A stretch of DNA of 62,305 nt, filler included, from 9 parts of 9 records of this genome joined end to end with filler, not necessarily neighbours in it, one strand, 5' to 3'. Numbered from the whole stretch's first letter, positions 18,971 to 29,659 are shown. Numbers and translations: made by a program. Notes: generated by a model not told the origin, from the letters alone.

Positions 18971-19374
18971 ATGGAAAATGACAAGTATAACGTTTTCTAT
19001 TTCCTCTCTCATTTTTCTAAAATGATTTTTTGTCCGCTGGATACCCAAAATATTCTCGTTCAAATTATCAGTTTTTTCTTCTTATTTATCGGTTTGTCGT
19101 CCACAGAGGGTGCCAGTCCCTATATCCCCCAATATCGGGATCCCTTTTCAGAACCCTGGCGCTGGCAGCAATTTGAAGAGTTGAGTGGTAAAGGTTGTCG
19201 TTGTATGACCGAGGACAGAGAAGGCGCATTATGGTTTGGGGTCAATGGTGGCGTGTTAAAATACAATGGGATACAATGGCAGTATTATCAATTGGGTAAA
19301 GATTCAAGTGATGCACCAGTTACTGCTCTTTGTACATCTGACAATAATGAAATCTATGCCGGTTCAGTAAGGGG
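18971..19374 (+). CDS. N-terminus of a two-component-regulator propeller protein (hybrid sensor-like), truncated
   Basis: Hydrophobic leader, then CMTEDREGALWFG..GGVLKYNG..W propeller repeat; start uncertain. Confidence 0.65.
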
Positions 19375-19474
19375 NNNNNNNNNNNNNNNNNNNNNNNNNN
19401 NNNNNNNNNNNNNNNNNNTTAATTAATTAANNNNNNNNNNNNNNNNNNNNNNNNNNNNNNNNNNNNNNNNNNNN
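19375..19474. other. Artificial contig spacer
   Basis: 44 N + TTAATTAATTAA + 44 N. Confidence 0.98.
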
Positions 19475-20215
19475 CAGAAGGAAGAAGATATCGTTGCACT
19501 AGCAAAAGACATGGGCGTTTCAGTTGATGTAGTTAAATCAACAGTTTCTGGCCTACACGAGTTCAACCCAATGATGGGTCACCGTGGTTGTCGTCTAGCT
19601 GTTACATATCCTGAGATAGCTGTAATGCAGACTCGTGCTATTATCGAAGCTGCAATTGAAGCTAAAAAAGAAGCTGGAATTGACATCGTTCCTGAGATCA
19701 TGATTCCTTTGATCGGCGAAGTTCGTGAGCTTAAGTACGTAAAAGAATTCGTAGTTAATACAGCTGAAGAAGTATTGGCTAACAGTGATGTTAAGGTTAA
19801 ATACATGGTAGGAACAATGATCGAGATTCCAAGAGCGGCATTAACAGCTGACGAAGTTGCTGTTGAAGCTGAGTTCTTCTCGTTCGGAACAAACGACCTA
19901 ACTCAAATGGCATTTGGATTCTCACGAGATGACGCTGGAAAGTTCTTGGATGCGTACTATGAGAAGCAGATTTATGAGTCTGACCCATTTGCAAGAATTG
20001 ATCAGAACGGCGTTGGCGTTTTGATGAAGATGGCTGTTGAAAAGGGTAAGCAGACACGCCCAGACATTAAACTGGGAATCTGTGGTGAGCATGGCGGAGA
20101 TCCTTCATCGGTTATCTTCTGCCATAACATTGGACTAAAATATGTTTCTTGTTCACCTTTCCGTCTACCTATCGCACGCCTATCTGCTGCACAGGCAGCA
20201 ATTATGAGCAAGTAG
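19475..20215 (+). CDS. ppdK: Pyruvate, phosphate dikinase (C-terminal part)
   Basis: [54 protein letters not shown]. Confidence 0.97.
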   Translation, partial: QKEEDIVALAKDMGVSVDVVKSTVSGLHEFNPMMGHRGCRLAVTYPEIAVMQTRAIIEAAIEAKKEAGIDIVPEIMIPLIGEVRELKYVKEFVVNTAEEVLANSDVKVKYMVGTMIEIPRAALTADEVAVEAEFFSFGTNDLTQMAFGFSRDDAGKFLDAYYEKQIYESDPFARIDQNGVGVLMKMAVEKGKQTRPDIKLGICGEHGGDPSSVIFCHNIGLKYVSCSPFRLPIARLSAAQAAIMSK

Positions 20216-20278
20216 AACTTACTTATAATTAGAGATAAGGGTTGGCTTTAGTTAATAAAGGTTGAGGCTTAAAAAACT

Positions 20279-20314
20279 AAGCAGGTGTATCAATTTATGA
20301 TACACCTGCTTTTT
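20279..20314 (+). terminator. Rho-independent terminator after ppdK
   Basis: AAGCAGGTGTATCA-attta-TGATACACCTGCTT-TTT. Confidence 0.85.
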
Positions 20315-20370
20315 AATTAATTAAGTAAATATATATATGGGAAGTTATTGATAGTATAAGTCTGATATGG

Positions 20371-21026
20371 TTAACTGATTCTATAATGACCAACAATAAT
20401 ATTACCATTACATTCTAATGAATCTTCCTCATATTGAGTTTGAGATACACCAGAATGATGAATTATATATGGAACGCCATGCATGTTTCTTTTATCTGAT
20501 ACGATTGCAATATGTTTCTCGAAAATGACAATGTCTCCACCTTGCCATTCATCGATATCTCTAGTGTTTGTTGTCAAACTAATTGCGTTGTTTTGAAAAT
20601 AAACTATTAAGTTTCTTACTCGTCTAAAGTCAATGCTTTTATCTATTACATCAATATCATAGAGTTCTTCATGACATATAATATCTTCATTGACTAATTC
20701 CATAAGGTCATAGCCCGAATTTAATAATCCAATTGCAATTACATCAGTACATACTCCATATTCATCGTTTGGATATCCAGTAGCATAATATTTGCTCTCG
20801 TATTTTGGCTTAGTTGCGATGTATTCGCGCACATTTTGCAAAATATCTGTTTGGTCGTCGACTCCATCATCGTCTTTATCAACTTTGCTTTTGTAATCTT
20901 CAATATTGAAATCAGCATTACAAAAAGTCCTATGTGGTACTATGTTTAGCTTATATAAAATAAATGCACTTAAAACTAATAGAATTACTATGAATATTAT
21001 TTTCCTGTTTTTCTTTTTTTCTTCAT
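20371..21026 (-). CDS. DUF1287-family (YijF-like) secreted protein; frameshift in an A7 run near the start
   Basis: GVCTDV, IDFRRVRNL, WQGGDIV..HIAIVSD..IIH. Upstream frame gives an N-terminal TM and joins ATG 21026 (GAGGAG RBS) with one extra A. Confidence 0.8.
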
Positions 21027-21170
21027 AATCTCCTCATGCTCATTAGTTTATAATAAAGCGTGAATAATTTACGTAGATAGTCAATTTTTGATGTGTTCGA
21101 GTATAGCATATTTTTACATTAATTTCCACAAAATAGGGGTTTTGTCACATTGATGACTCTTAAAAAACAT

Positions 21171-21199
21171 AAAGAGTAGCACATATAAAAGTGCTACTC
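21171..21199 (-). terminator. Terminator of the trp operon
   Basis: GAGTAGCAC-N8-GTGCTACTC with a T tract on the minus strand. Confidence 0.75.
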
Positions 21200-21220
21200 A
21201 AAAATATATAATATTGAAGA

Positions 21221-21991
21221 TTATCTAATTGCGTTTTTCATACTAGAAACATACTCTTTTATAGGTTGAATGCAGTCTTTTCCGTATTTTTCGCATAATT
21301 TTATAATAGCAGAACCTACGATAACACCATCTGAATACTGAGATATTTCTTTTGCTTGTTTTGGAGTTGAAATGCCAAATCCAACAGCACAAGGAATGTC
21401 TTGTGTTTTTTTCACAAGCTTTATCATAGAGGAAATATCCGTTTCGATTTTTTCTCTTGTTCCTGTTACACCTAACGAAGATACACAATATACAAAACCA
21501 TTTGCTTGCTCTGCAATCGTTGTAATCCTATCATGAGAAGTAGGGGCGATCAAAGAGATAAATGCAACTTTGTATTGGTTACAAACATCTTCAAACTCTT
21601 TTTTTTCTTCGAAAGGAACATCTGGCAAAATCAACCCATCTATCCCAACTTCACTGCATTTTTTTATAAATTTGTGTGTCCCGTAAGAAAAAACGACGTT
21701 TGCATAGGTCATAAACACCATTGGTATTTTAACGCACTTACGTAGTTTTATTATCATTTCAAAAATATCATCTGTAGTAATCATGTTCTTTAGGGCGCGT
21801 TCATTTGCTCTTTGGATAGCAACACCTTCTGCAGTAGGGTCGGAGAATGGTATTCCTAGTTCAATTAGATCAGCTCCTGCTTTTTCTAGCGCATAAACAA
21901 TTTGTTCAGTTGTTTCAAGGCAAGGGTCTCCACATGTGATAAAAGGAATAAACGCTTTACCATTTTCAAATGCTTTTTTTATGTTATTCAT
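21221..21991 (-). CDS. trpA: Tryptophan synthase alpha
   Basis: [42 protein letters not shown]. Confidence 0.97.
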   Translation of the reverse strand: MNNIKKAFENGKAFIPFITCGDPCLETTEQIVYALEKAGADLIELGIPFSDPTAEGVAIQRANERALKNMITTDDIFEMIIKLRKCVKIPMVFMTYANVVFSYGTHKFIKKCSEVGIDGLILPDVPFEEKKEFEDVCNQYKVAFISLIAPTSHDRITTIAEQANGFVYCVSSLGVTGTREKIETDISSMIKLVKKTQDIPCAVGFGISTPKQAKEISQYSDGVIVGSAIIKLCEKYGKDCIQPIKEYVSSMKNAIR

Positions 21992-23168
21992 AGATTTTCT
22001 CTCCTCTATAACGTGCTATTGCCGCGCAGTCTTTGTCTCCACGTCCCGAAAGATTAATAACGATAACTGTATCTTTTGAAAGCGTAGGTGCAATTTTTAA
22101 GGCATGCGCTACTGCATGGGCGCTTTCTATTGCTGGAATAATTCCTTCTATTCTAGATAAATATTCAAAGGCGTTTACTGCTTCATCATCTGTAATGCTT
22201 ACATATTCAGCCCTTTTAATATCATGAAGATGTGCATGTTCAGGACCTATTCCTGGATAGTCAAGACCAGCAGAAATGCTGTAAACAGGAGCAATCTGTC
22301 CGTATTCGTCTTGGCAAAAGTATGATTTCATACCATGGAAGATGCCTAATTTCCCTGTGTTTATTGTTGCGGCTGTTTCTTTTGTTTCCACGCCTCTTCC
22401 TGCTGCTTCGCAACCTATTAACTTAACTTGTACATCGGGAATAAAATCATAAAAAGCACCAATTGCATTTGAACCTCCGCCTACACAAGCCATAACAATG
22501 TCTGGCAGTTTATCTTCTGCTTGCATGATTTGTTCTTTAATTTCTTTTCCAATCACCGATTGAAAATCGCGAATCATTTCTGGGAAAGGATAGGGACCCA
22601 TAACAGATCCTAAAACATAGTGTGTATCATCAATCCTACTCGTCCATTCTCTAAATGTTTCTGAAACGGCATCTTTTAGAGTCGCTGTTCCTTCAGATAC
22701 TTCATGCACTGTTGCTCCTAACAGACGCATGCGATATACGTTTAGAGCCTGTCTTAAAACATCTTCTTTTCCCATGTAAACGATACATTCTAGGCCCAAC
22801 ATAGCGGCAACAGTAGCTGTAGCAACACCATGTTGTCCTGCGCCTGTTTCCGCAATGACTCTTGTTTTCCCCATTCTTTTTGCCAGAATCATTTGACCAA
22901 TAACATTATTGATCTTATGGGAGCCTGTGTGGTTTAAATCTTCTCGTTTAAGATAAATTTTTGCCCCGCCTAAGTCTTCTGTCATGTGTTTGGCAAAATA
23001 TAGGTTACTAGGTCTACCTGCATATTCGTTCAACATCTGGTGAAACTCTTGATAGAATGTTGGATCATTTTTACATTCGTTATAGGCGTCTTTTAGCTCA
23101 AGCATTGCATTCATAAGAGTTTCTGGGATATATTGTCCGCCGTGTACTCCAAATCGTCCTTTAATCAT
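21984..23168 (-). CDS. trpB: Tryptophan synthase beta
   Basis: [45 protein letters not shown]. Confidence 0.98.
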   Translation of the reverse strand: MIKGRFGVHGGQYIPETLMNAMLELKDAYNECKNDPTFYQEFHQMLNEYAGRPSNLYFAKHMTEDLGGAKIYLKREDLNHTGSHKINNVIGQMILAKRMGKTRVIAETGAGQHGVATATVAAMLGLECIVYMGKEDVLRQALNVYRMRLLGATVHEVSEGTATLKDAVSETFREWTSRIDDTHYVLGSVMGPYPFPEMIRDFQSVIGKEIKEQIMQAEDKLPDIVMACVGGGSNAIGAFYDFIPDVQVKLIGCEAAGRGVETKETAATINTGKLGIFHGMKSYFCQDEYGQIAPVYSISAGLDYPGIGPEHAHLHDIKRAEYVSITDDEAVNAFEYLSRIEGIIPAIESAHAVAHALKIAPTLSKDTVIVINLSGRGDKDCAAIARYRGEKIYE

Positions 23169-23172
23169 TATT

Positions 23173-23777
23173 TTAACCCTCTTTTTGCGCTGTTTTTACA
23201 GCCTCATATATTTTATTAAAATCCTTATTTTTGTTTGTCTCAACACCCGTTGAAATGTCCACGCAATAAGGATTTACTTTTGTTATTACTTCTTCTAAGT
23301 TTTCGACGCTAAGTCCTCCGGCTAGGAAAAAAGGCCTTTCAATATTTTTGATTAATTCATGAGGGAAGACTTTACCTTCTCCTTTGCCGCCGTCAAATAG
23401 AATATAATCAGCAATGCATTCTTCTGCCTCTTTTAAGTTAAAGTTTTCATCTACTATAAAAGCTTTGATAATCTCTTTATCTATAACTGCCTTCAGTTTT
23501 TCTATATAATTATTATCTTCCGTTCCATGTAACTGCACTATATCAATTACATTTTGATCACATAATTGTTTTATTGTCTCAAAGGGGAGTTTACAAAAAC
23601 ACCAACAGCTTTTATGTTTTTATTTAGTCTGCTTTTCAATTTCAGCACATCATCAGAAGAAACATTGCGATGACTTTTAGGAAAATTTATGATAAATCCT
23701 ACGTAATCAGGTAATGCGAGATTTACATATTCAATATCACTTATACGATGAAGCCCGCAAATTTTAATTTTTGTCAT
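23173..23777 (-). CDS. trpF: Phosphoribosylanthranilate isomerase (split by a 1-nt indel at 23581-23587)
   Basis: KIKICGL..VGVFVN in one frame; [24 protein letters not shown] in the next; position between trpC and trpB. Confidence 0.92.
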
Positions 23778-23778
23778 A

Positions 23779-24558
23779 TCATTCACCTGCTTTTAGCTGC
23801 ATTATGATTTCTTTTCGGTTTTGGTTTTTCATCAGGAATTCACCGATAAGCAAAGCATCAGCTCCAGATTTTTTCATATTAATGCCATCAGACATACTGT
23901 TTATTCCGCTCTCAGCTACAAATAGTACATCATCAGGAACAAATTCTTTAAGCTTTTGAGAATTTGATAGATCTACGCTAAAATCTTTTAGATTACGGTT
24001 GTTTACACCGATGATTCTAGCACCTGCGCTTATTGCTGAATCAATTTCTTGTAAGTTATGCGTTTCAACTAATGCAGAAATACCCAACTCATCACAGATG
24101 CTTATATAATCTTTTAAGCATTGCGTATCCGTAGTAGCGCATATTAGTAATACTGAATCAGCGCCCATAACTTTTGCTTGATAAATTTGATATTCATCTA
24201 CAGTAAAATCTTTTCGAAGCATAGGTATTGATACTTTCTTGCGTATTTCCATAAAGATTTCATCTGAGCCCAAAAACCACTTCGGCTCAGTTAAAACGGA
24301 TATACAGTCTGCACCTGATTTTTCATATTCGCATGCAATATCTAGGTATGGGAAATCCTCCGAAATAATGCCTTTTGATGGTGATGCCTTTTTCACCTCA
24401 GAAATGATGGAGATTCTATTTTTCTTCAAAACTTTCTCAAATGAAAAATCACCCTTATTAAGTTGCAGTGCGTTTTTTTTCATTTCTTCAGCACTTATTT
24501 TGCTCTTGTCAATTGCTACTCTTTCTTTTGCATGTTCCGCTAGTTTATCTAAAATCAT
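23779..24558 (-). CDS. trpC: Indole-3-glycerol phosphate synthase
   Basis: ISEVKKASPSKG, ISVLTEP..F.G, LRKDF, IGVNNRNL, VAESGI. Confidence 0.97.
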   Translation of the reverse strand: MILDKLAEHAKERVAIDKSKISAEEMKKNALQLNKGDFSFEKVLKKNRISIISEVKKASPSKGIISEDFPYLDIACEYEKSGADCISVLTEPKWFLGSDEIFMEIRKKVSIPMLRKDFTVDEYQIYQAKVMGADSVLLICATTDTQCLKDYISICDELGISALVETHNLQEIDSAISAGARIIGVNNRNLKDFSVDLSNSQKLKEFVPDDVLFVAESGINSMSDGINMKKSGADALLIGEFLMKNQNRKEIIMQLKAGE

Positions 24559-24560
24559 TG

Positions 24561-25571
24561 TTACACCTCATTAGAAAGCTTGATAAACTCATTAAGCTTA
24601 TTCAATGCTTTTTTGCTGTCAATTACATCTTCAATTTCTTTAATAGCGTCTTGCATTGTTAAATCGTCTCTTGCAATATAAAGAGCAGCAGCTGAATTAA
24701 TTACAATTGCATTTCTTTTTGCGCCTTTTTGACCGTTGAAGATATCTAGTGTAATTTGAGCGTTTTCTTGTGGGGCTCCACCAACTAAATCATCCTTTGT
24801 GCATAGGGTAAACCCATAATCTTTGGGATTAATAACATAGTTTTTCAACTTGCCGTCACGGATTTCGCAAACTTTTGTAGTGGAGCTTATAGAAATTTCA
24901 TCTAATCCATCTTCGCCGTAAACAACCATTCCTTTTTTAACACCTAGTCTTATAAGTACCTCTGCAAGTTGTCCAACAAGAGCTGAATCATAAACCCCCA
25001 TCAGTTGCATTTCTGCACCAGCAGGATTAGAAAGTGGTCCTAAAATATTGAATATTGTTCTAATTGAAAGTTCTCTTCTTACAGGTGCGACATGCTTCAT
25101 TGCCATGTGGTATTTTTGTGCGAACAAAAAGCATATATTAGCTTTTTCTAAGATTTCTGCGCTTTTTTGTGGAGACACTTCGATATTTACTCCAAGAGCC
25201 TCTAGCAGATCAGCAGCACCACATTTGCTTGAAGCAGCCCTGTTACCATGTTTTGCGATAGGAACACCAGCTGCCGCTAAGACAATGGCAGTCGTTGTGG
25301 AAATATTAAAAGAATTGGACTTATCTCCGCCTGTTCCCACAACTTCAAGCACTTTTTGATTATGCTCAAGTTTTGTGGCGTGGTTACGCATACCTTTTGC
25401 TGAACCTGTGATTTCATCAATGGTTTCGCCTTTCATTGATAATGCTACAAGATATGCTGCTAGTTGAACTTTAGAAACATCTCCGCTCATTATTTCATCC
25501 ATGACTGCTATAGCGGTCTCATAGGATAAATCCTCTTTTGCTGTTAATTTTATAATTGCCTCTTTAATCAT
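24561..25571 (-). CDS. trpD: Anthranilate phosphoribosyltransferase
   Basis: GTGGD..SFNIST, KHGNRAASSKCG, RTIFNILGPL.NP, GLDEIS. Confidence 0.97.
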   Translation of the reverse strand: MIKEAIIKLTAKEDLSYETAIAVMDEIMSGDVSKVQLAAYLVALSMKGETIDEITGSAKGMRNHATKLEHNQKVLEVVGTGGDKSNSFNISTTTAIVLAAAGVPIAKHGNRAASSKCGAADLLEALGVNIEVSPQKSAEILEKANICFLFAQKYHMAMKHVAPVRRELSIRTIFNILGPLSNPAGAEMQLMGVYDSALVGQLAEVLIRLGVKKGMVVYGEDGLDEISISSTTKVCEIRDGKLKNYVINPKDYGFTLCTKDDLVGGAPQENAQITLDIFNGQKGAKRNAIVINSAAALYIARDDLTMQDAIKEIEDVIDSKKALNKLNEFIKLSNEV

Positions 25572-26139
25572 GGTGAACTCCTTTCAAAAAGTTTTTGATT
25601 ACGGTTTTGCCACAAGGTGTTAAGATAGATTCAGGATGGAATTGTAATCCATATACCTTGTCGTGCTTGTGTTTCACTGCCATTACTTCATCATCGTCAG
25701 AAACTGCTAGAATTTCCAATGTCATAGGAATGGTTTCTTTGATTGCAGATAATGAGTGATATCTACCAACACTTTCACGCTTATTTAAGCCTTCGAAAAC
25801 CCCATTGTTTTTTATAAGAATTTCGCACGCTTTTCCATGCATTAGCTGTTTTGCATGAGATACAGTTGAACCGTATGCCTCGCAAATTGCTTGGTGTCCT
25901 AGGCATACACCCATAATAGGTATTTTGCTTCCTAATTCTTTAACAACATCAATGCAAACTCCTGCATCACAAGGCTTTCCAGGACCTGGTGATAACACAA
26001 TATGAGTCGGTGTTAACTGCTCAATTTCTGAAACTGAAAGTTCATCATTTCTTATAACGCGAATATCTTGTATAATTTCTCCAATTAATTGATAAAGATT
26101 GTAAGAGAAGCTGTCGTAATTATCAATAAGCAATATCAT
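25564..26139 (-). CDS. trpG: Anthranilate synthase component II
   Basis: IDNYDSF, LSPGPG, GVCLGHQ, RYHSL, QFHPES. Confidence 0.96.
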   Translation of the reverse strand: MILLIDNYDSFSYNLYQLIGEIIQDIRVIRNDELSVSEIEQLTPTHIVLSPGPGKPCDAGVCIDVVKELGSKIPIMGVCLGHQAICEAYGSTVSHAKQLMHGKACEILIKNNGVFEGLNKRESVGRYHSLSAIKETIPMTLEILAVSDDDEVMAVKHKHDKVYGLQFHPESILTPCGKTVIKNFLKGVHHD

Positions 26140-27441
26140 TTATTTTCCCTCCAATGCATTTACTACGGCTTTTGCTTTAGCTAGGCATTCATCATATTCT
26201 TTTTCTGGTACGGAGTCGGCAACAATGCCAGCGCCAGAACGGACAAACACTTTACCATTCTTTTTAAAAGCAAGCCTAATTGCAATACAAACGTCAGCAT
26301 TTCCTGTGAAATCCAAATAACCAATTGCACCGCCATAGATACCTCTTTTATTATTTTCTAGATTATTAATTATCTCACATGCTCTTATTTTGGGTGCGCC
26401 TGATAATGTTCCTGCTGGTAATACAGCGTCAATTGCATCAAGAGCATCTTTGTCTTCTTTAATTTCACCGCTTACGGTTGAACCAATGTGCATTACATGC
26501 GAGAAACGTTCGATTTTCATGTATTCATCAACATGCACCGAACCAAACTTGCATATTTTGCCTAAGTCGTTTCGCCCTAAATCAACAAGCATATTATGTT
26601 CTGAACATTCTTTTTCATCAGCTAACAGTTCTTTTTCAAGCGCTAAATCTTCGTCTTGAGTTTTTCCTCTAGGTCTTGTGCCTGCAAGAGGGAAAGTGCA
26701 AATTTTGTTATCTTCAAGCTTTACAAGAGTTTCTGGAGAAGCGCCTGCTATTTCTACGTCATTACTTGAAAAGTAAAACATATATGGGGAAGGGTTGGTT
26801 TTTCTAAGAGTTTGGTATGTGCCGAATAAGCTACCAGTGAAGGGTGCTGACCATCTGTTTGAAAGCACAACCTGAAAAATATCTCCTTCGTAAATATGCT
26901 TTTTAGCTGTTTGTACAGATTGACAATATTCTTCTTTGTTAAATAACGGCGTAAAAGGACCGGTTAGTTTTCCATTTTCTTTAATGTTGACTTGCTTATT
27001 TAAAAGTTGCACCATGTTTTCTAAATCTATTATGCCACGGTTATAGTCAACATCGATTGTTTTTCCATCTACATTTACGATAAACATAATAGTATTAAGC
27101 AGATTATCAAAAACAATAACTTTATCAAAAAGCATTAGATCCACATCATTGAAAGACTCATCATCGTTCGCATCCAAATTCAAGCTACTTTCACTATACT
27201 TGATAAAATCATAAGAGAAATAACCAACAAGACCACCTGTAAAAGTTGGATGGTTGGGTAATCTTGCACTTTTGTTTTCATCGAGTATCTGGCGAATAAA
27301 TTCATGTGGTTTTTGATCAGTAATTACTAAAGATGTCCCCGAGTTTATCCTTATTTCATGGTCGAGACAAGTTATCTCTAGTTTAGGGTCGTATCCCATA
27401 AATGAATATCGCCCCCAATTTTTATTATCCTCAGCAGATTC
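26140..27441 (-). CDS. trpE: Anthranilate synthase component I (5' truncated)
   Basis: GDIFQVVLS, NPSPYM, GASPE, PLAGTRPRG, EHNMLVDLGRND, GTLSGAPK. Confidence 0.96.
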   Translation of the reverse strand, partial: ESAEDNKNWGRYSFMGYDPKLEITCLDHEIRINSGTSLVITDQKPHEFIRQILDENKSARLPNHPTFTGGLVGYFSYDFIKYSESSLNLDANDDESFNDVDLMLFDKVIVFDNLLNTIMFIVNVDGKTIDVDYNRGIIDLENMVQLLNKQVNIKENGKLTGPFTPLFNKEEYCQSVQTAKKHIYEGDIFQVVLSNRWSAPFTGSLFGTYQTLRKTNPSPYMFYFSSNDVEIAGASPETLVKLEDNKICTFPLAGTRPRGKTQDEDLALEKELLADEKECSEHNMLVDLGRNDLGKICKFGSVHVDEYMKIERFSHVMHIGSTVSGEIKEDKDALDAIDAVLPAGTLSGAPKIRACEIINNLENNKRGIYGGAIGYLDFTGNADVCIAIRLAFKKNGKVFVRSGAGIVADSVPEKEYDECLAKAKAVVNALEGK

Positions 27442-27541
27442 NNNNNNNNNNNNNNNNNNNNNNNNNNNNNNNNNNNNNNNNNNNNTTAATTAATTAANNN
27501 NNNNNNNNNNNNNNNNNNNNNNNNNNNNNNNNNNNNNNNNN
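27442..27541. other. Artificial contig spacer
   Basis: 44 N + TTAATTAATTAA + 44 N. Confidence 0.98.
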
Positions 27542-27542
27542 A

Positions 27543-28595
27543 AAAAGGTATCAATTTTCCTGTACGGATTTAAAATCAACCTCACGAGGATTTCTCCAGG
27601 TTTATGAAATTGATCCAGAACATGATAAAGCACAAATACAACCATATTTTGAAAATTTGAAAACCAATGATGAATTAACGATCGTTGAATTACTCCCATA
27701 TCAATACACACAAAAATCACCGGCTCGCCTCACAGAAGCACGCTTTATACAACTCTTAGATCAACTCAAAGTCAGTTTTTCGTTCAATTTCACCTTCATT
27801 TGTGAATCCCTTTTAGAAAATGACCTTATCGAAAAGAAAAACCATGATCTAAAGCCCACTGAACGTGGCTACAATATGTATAATACCATCATCCAGAATT
27901 TTCCGGATATATTCAATGTCGGTTTTTTGGCAATGCTGGAAAAGGAATTGGAACAGATCGCTGGTGGTAAAAAAGATTTAAATACAGTGCTGTCTAACTT
28001 TAGGAAATTAATTTCCAATGATCAGGTTCATAAAAATGTGAAAAAATCGGATACATCTATTTTTTCCGGAACCTTTACGTCCCAAAAGTGTCCTATATGT
28101 AAGAGCGATTTGATGAAACGAACTGGACGAACTGGTGACTATATTTCATGCATTAACTATCCAACACATTGTCATTTTATCACAGCTAATGACAATAAAG
28201 ATTACCTGCAGGGTAGAAAATGTGAGAAATGTGGACATGATATGGTGGTACGAGTCGGACGATTTGGTAAATTTCTTGCCTGTTCTCGTTTCCCGGAATG
28301 TACATGGACCAAACCATTTCCAATCAATGTTATGTGCCCGGTAGAAGGTTGTACCGGGGAGGTTGTTGAAAAACGCAGCAAAAAAGGGCAATTGTTCTAT
28401 GGTTGTAGTTCTTACCCGGATTGCAACTTTGTATCCTGGAATAGTCCTGTCAATATTGCATGCCCCGAATGCGGCAACCTCTATCTGGAAGATCTGTCCT
28501 CAGAAGAGACCAGCACCTTATTTCGTTGTCCTAAATGCAAATCACGATTTGATATGAATCTTGTCGTATTTAAAAAAAATAAATCCAACTTATGA
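27543..28595 (+). CDS. Type IA topoisomerase (TopA)-like C-terminal half with degenerate core motif and four Zn ribbons (5' truncated)
   Basis: Frame open from the contig edge. PARLTEA, L.PTERG, FPDIFNVGF.A.LE.EL..IA.G align to TopA; three C4 topoisomerase Zn fingers (e.g. GRFGKFLACSRFPEC) plus a terminal C4; GIGRPST absent. Confidence 0.8.
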   Translation, partial: KRYQFSCTDLKSTSRGFLQVYEIDPEHDKAQIQPYFENLKTNDELTIVELLPYQYTQKSPARLTEARFIQLLDQLKVSFSFNFTFICESLLENDLIEKKNHDLKPTERGYNMYNTIIQNFPDIFNVGFLAMLEKELEQIAGGKKDLNTVLSNFRKLISNDQVHKNVKKSDTSIFSGTFTSQKCPICKSDLMKRTGRTGDYISCINYPTHCHFITANDNKDYLQGRKCEKCGHDMVVRVGRFGKFLACSRFPECTWTKPFPINVMCPVEGCTGEVVEKRSKKGQLFYGCSSYPDCNFVSWNSPVNIACPECGNLYLEDLSSEETSTLFRCPKCKSRFDMNLVVFKKNKSNL

Positions 28596-29518
28596 CAACT
28601 ACCAACCCGACATATTTTTCTGATTGGATAAACCATTTTATAAGCCATCTTGAAAAGGTCGCTCACAGCTCAGCAAATACCCGAGAGGCTTATCAGAATG
28701 ATCTGGACAGCTTTCATGATTTTCTAAAACAGAGATATTCAATTCAAAATCCGGCTATCTCTGACTGGAAAAAGCCAGCCATTCTTGGCTTTCTCTCCTA
28801 TCTTGTGAATAATGGTTATACGGCAAGAAGCGTCAGCAGGAAATTATCAAGCCTGAGAGCGTTTGCAAAGTTTTTGATCCGCATGAATGTGACCGATGAA
28901 AATCCGACTCTAAACATTCCATCACCCAAGCTGGAAAAAAGACTGCCGCAATACTTTACAAAAAAGGAAATTAGAGATTTGCTGGCATTGCCAGATACAA
29001 CTACCCATACAGGTTTGCAGGATCGAGTCATCCTGGAACTTTTTTATGCAGCAGGTCTGAGAGTAAGCGAGCTCGTTGCATTAAAATTAAAAGATATCGA
29101 CTTTAACAATAGAAATATTAGAGTTTTAGGCAAGCGAAAAAAAGAACGAATTGTACCGATAGGTCAGGTGGTCATGCAACATTTGAAAGACTTTTTTTCC
29201 TCCAGGGAATCATTTGTCGGTCAAAAGCTGGAATACCAAGATTATATTTTTGTTAAAAAAAATAAGGAGATATTCACAAGACAACAAATTGCGCGAATTG
29301 TGAGGTCATACATCATGCAAATCAGTGATAAACAAAAAGCTCATCCTCATGCTTTGCGCCATACGTTTGCAACCCATCTTTTAGATGAAGGCGCAGACAT
29401 TATGTCCGTCAAAGAATTACTCGGACATGCGAATTTGTCTACAACACAAATCTATACTCATGTTTCAGTTGAACATTTGAAACGTATTTATAAACAAGCA
29501 CATCCTCGTGCTGATTAA
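28592..29518 (+). CDS. xerC: Tyrosine recombinase XerC/XerD
   Basis: S.NT..AY..DL, RKLSSLRAF, GLRVSEL, GKRKKER, HPHALRHTFATHLL, LLGHANLSTTQIYTH. Confidence 0.9.
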   Translation: MTTTNPTYFSDWINHFISHLEKVAHSSANTREAYQNDLDSFHDFLKQRYSIQNPAISDWKKPAILGFLSYLVNNGYTARSVSRKLSSLRAFAKFLIRMNVTDENPTLNIPSPKLEKRLPQYFTKKEIRDLLALPDTTTHTGLQDRVILELFYAAGLRVSELVALKLKDIDFNNRNIRVLGKRKKERIVPIGQVVMQHLKDFFSSRESFVGQKLEYQDYIFVKKNKEIFTRQQIARIVRSYIMQISDKQKAHPHALRHTFATHLLDEGADIMSVKELLGHANLSTTQIYTHVSVEHLKRIYKQAHPRAD

Positions 29519-29565
29519 GTTAATGAAAATGTATGTATAGATTGCTATCTCAATTAATGTGTTGG

Positions 29566-29635
29566 TGAATCATTGAAGGGAGGTGATGTGAGGACTAGAA
29601 TCAAGTAGCCTTAAATCCCGGAGTTAATGGATTCA
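29566..29635 (+). promoter_or_regulatory. Candidate structured 5' leader of hpf with an extended SD and a 6-codon uORF
   Basis: 29566-29576 pairs with 29624-29635; GGGA pairs with TCCC; GGAGGTGAT at 29579-29587; GTG AGG ACT AGA ATC AAG TAG at 29588-29608. Confidence 0.35.
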
Positions 29636-29659
29636 TTACGTATAATCAAGGAGGGTACT

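Noticed and set aside
27490-27720. ORF-track entries running into N runs (also 6522, 11936, 33956 and 55167 ends)
   Set aside because: Their ends are created by the spacer's stop codons; real genes were trimmed to contig edges, and 27490-27720 is antisense to the TopA-like frame.
28592-29518. Tyrosine recombinase as a prophage/ICE integrase
   Set aside because: XerC-like length and motifs in a housekeeping topA-xerC-hpf-hprK context, with no att site or mobile genes.
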